Assembly: GCA_054661495.1 (NCBI GenBank)
Contig: BAAFSQ010000372.1
Span: 1 to 8,661 of the forward strand
Direction of reading: 5' to 3'
Source of the DNA: Zygophlyctis sp. KS116
Taxonomy: Eukaryota; Fungi; Chytridiomycota
Length of the DNA stretch: 8,661 nt
Position numbers and translations under genes: made by a program. The notes below the pieces were generated by a model that made no database searches, was not told where the DNA came from, and saw nothing but the letters and a program-made list of their open reading frames with translations. Shown piece by piece: positions 7,901 to 8,661 of the stretch (its first letter is position 1; the number at the start of each line of letters is the position of its first letter).

Positions 7901-8336
7901 ACCAAACACAAAGCGTGATTTTACTGAAGATTCTTATACCCACACTCCTATTTTTGCAAGTGGTAGAGTTATTGCATCCTCTATGATGGGTTCAATTCTA
8001 TATCAGTCCTATCACAATCCATTCATTACCCAAATATTTAGATTTTTATGTGGAGTGCATACAGTCGAAGAAGTCGAACTTGACAAGGAGTTTGAAACAG
8101 GAATCCGATCCTTGAATTATATTTCTGTTCCTCCTCACTTTATCGGCCTTTCTTTTGGAGATTATTTTGAAGAATTGAATATTAAATATGGAATATTGGC
8201 GATTGGACTATACCGAGACGAAATCTCAAACGATCTTCAAAATCGTTTACCATTTGTGTATACAAACCCATTAAGAAGTTTATTATTACGCAAATCAGAT
8301 TTAGTTTATGTAATTGCTGATTCTGGACAAATTTAA
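5000..8336 (+). CDS. Slo-family (BK/KCNT-like, closest in motifs to Slo2) potassium channel alpha subunit: S1-S6, pore and two RCK domains, 1046 aa, 8 exons
   Basis: Exons 5000-5683, 5711-6777, 6805-6833, 6858-7102, 7130-7280, 7310-7691, 7722-7789, 7822-8336 (3141 nt). Selectivity filter TVGYGD at 6089-6106; six hydrophobic helices; RCK1 (FIVVCG, GSALQEADLVRIKL, VLRTLAFDNYAP); RCK2 (DHILLC, GDSRKKKDLIKAGI); C-terminal PIFASGRV, ILYQSY, IGLYR, YTNP. The start ATG is the first in-frame ATG after the FRG1 stop. Confidence 0.92.
5684..5710 (+). other. Spliceosomal intron, 27 nt (channel intron 1)
   Basis: GTAACAGTTCTTATATAAAAAAAATAG; joins S2 to S3. Confidence 0.87.
6778..6804 (+). other. Spliceosomal intron, 27 nt (channel intron 2)
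   Basis: GTAAGCACTTAGCTATTTAACTAAAAG; followed by a 29-nt microexon encoding YDEAWQAQY. Confidence 0.85.
6834..6857 (+). other. Spliceosomal intron, 24 nt (channel intron 3)
   Basis: GTACCACTGCTTTCTAATTTTTAG; gives WQAQYGDG. Confidence 0.88.
7103..7129 (+). other. Spliceosomal intron, 27 nt (channel intron 4)
   Basis: GTAATTATTCGGTACACTGACATTTAG; CTGAC branch-like motif; removes an in-frame TAG. Confidence 0.85.
7281..7309 (+). other. Spliceosomal intron, 29 nt (channel intron 5)
   Basis: GTAATTCACTTCTTTATTCTGACATTTAG; joins into the frame of ORF 7312..7695. Confidence 0.83.
7692..7721 (+). other. Spliceosomal intron, 30 nt (channel intron 6)
   Basis: GTAAACTTTTCCTTCAATCTCATATTTTAG; gives DSNTIMVSHLI. 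Confidence 0.87.
7790..7821 (+). other. Spliceosomal intron, 32 nt (channel intron 7)
   Basis: GTAACATAATATATTTCTTATTAATCAAATAG; gives VINDLQETEDVKFL. Confidence 0.85.
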
Positions 8337-8661
8337 CTAAAGTATTCTAGGAAGAATCGGAACAACAAAATTCCTATAATACGATGTAAAATCCTGGGGT
8401 GCAACATACTGCCCATAAGTTGCAACTTTGGCATAATCAAGTCTCTTTTTAATTTCCACTTCTTTATTTTCATTCTAAAATCATTGGAAAAAGTCTTACA
8501 AGTAATGGATTTCCTTGCATGAATGACAGCGGCCCGTTTGTCACCGTCCCTGCATCCGATCCGTACAAACCTCCCAAATCATGATAAAAGATTGTTGGTT
8601 TTGTTGGTTTCATTTTAGCCGAATCTCGATGATATGGAACTGAAGAGTCTCTAGCTCTTTT
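8337..8661 (-). CDS. 3' end of a hypothetical protein (5'-partial), 2 exons in window
   Basis: Open frame from 8661: KRARDSSVPYHRDSAKMKPTKPTIFYHDLGGLYGSDAGTVTNGPLSFMQGNPLL, then a typical 25-nt intron (8499-8475), then NENKEVEIKKRLDYAKVATYGQYVAPQDFTSYYRNFVVPILPRIL and TAG at 8339-8337. Family not recognised. Confidence 0.68.
8475..8499 (-). other. Spliceosomal intron, 25 nt (right-hand hypothetical gene)
   Basis: GTAAGACTTTTTCCAATGATTTTAG. Confidence 0.68.

Noticed and set aside
2792-8336. Fragmented CDC7 and channel ORFs read as pseudogenes, frameshifts or stop-codon reassignment
   Set aside because: Every break coincides with a GTA...AG segment whose removal restores frame and motifs. TAA, TGA and TAG all serve as terminal stops, so the standard code fits.
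1-8661. Prokaryotic operon, CRISPR array, mobile element or RNA gene
   Set aside because: All genes are eukaryotic and intron-containing; no repeat-spacer array, terminal repeats, transposase or tRNA/rRNA-like sequence was seen.

Overview
Eukaryotic, AT-rich and extremely compact nuclear DNA, most likely from an early-diverging (zoosporic) fungus. That placement is an inference from a fungal-type Cdc7 occurring with GON4L-like and Slo2-like genes. The fragmented ORF track resolves into five genes once 23 ultra-short GT-AG introns (23-32 nt, mean about 26.7) are spliced by hand: (1) a minus-strand SANT/Myb plus GON4L/YY1AP1/DUO3-like protein running off the left edge (<1-2548); (2) Cdc7 kinase (2792-4126); (3) an FRG1-family protein (4165-4943); (4) a Slo2/KCNT-like 6TM K+ channel with two RCK domains (5000-8336); (5) the 3' end of an unknown minus-strand gene (8337->8661). 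Intergenic gaps are 243, 38, 56 and 0 nt, so about 89% of the window is coding, 7% intron and 4% intergenic. The standard genetic code is used. Most notable are the miniaturised, apparently length-governed splicing system, the near absence of intergenic space, a GON4L/DUO3-like gene head-to-head with CDC7 around an E2F/SCB site, and the Slo2-type channel. All gene models and homologies are manual and from memory; no searches were run.
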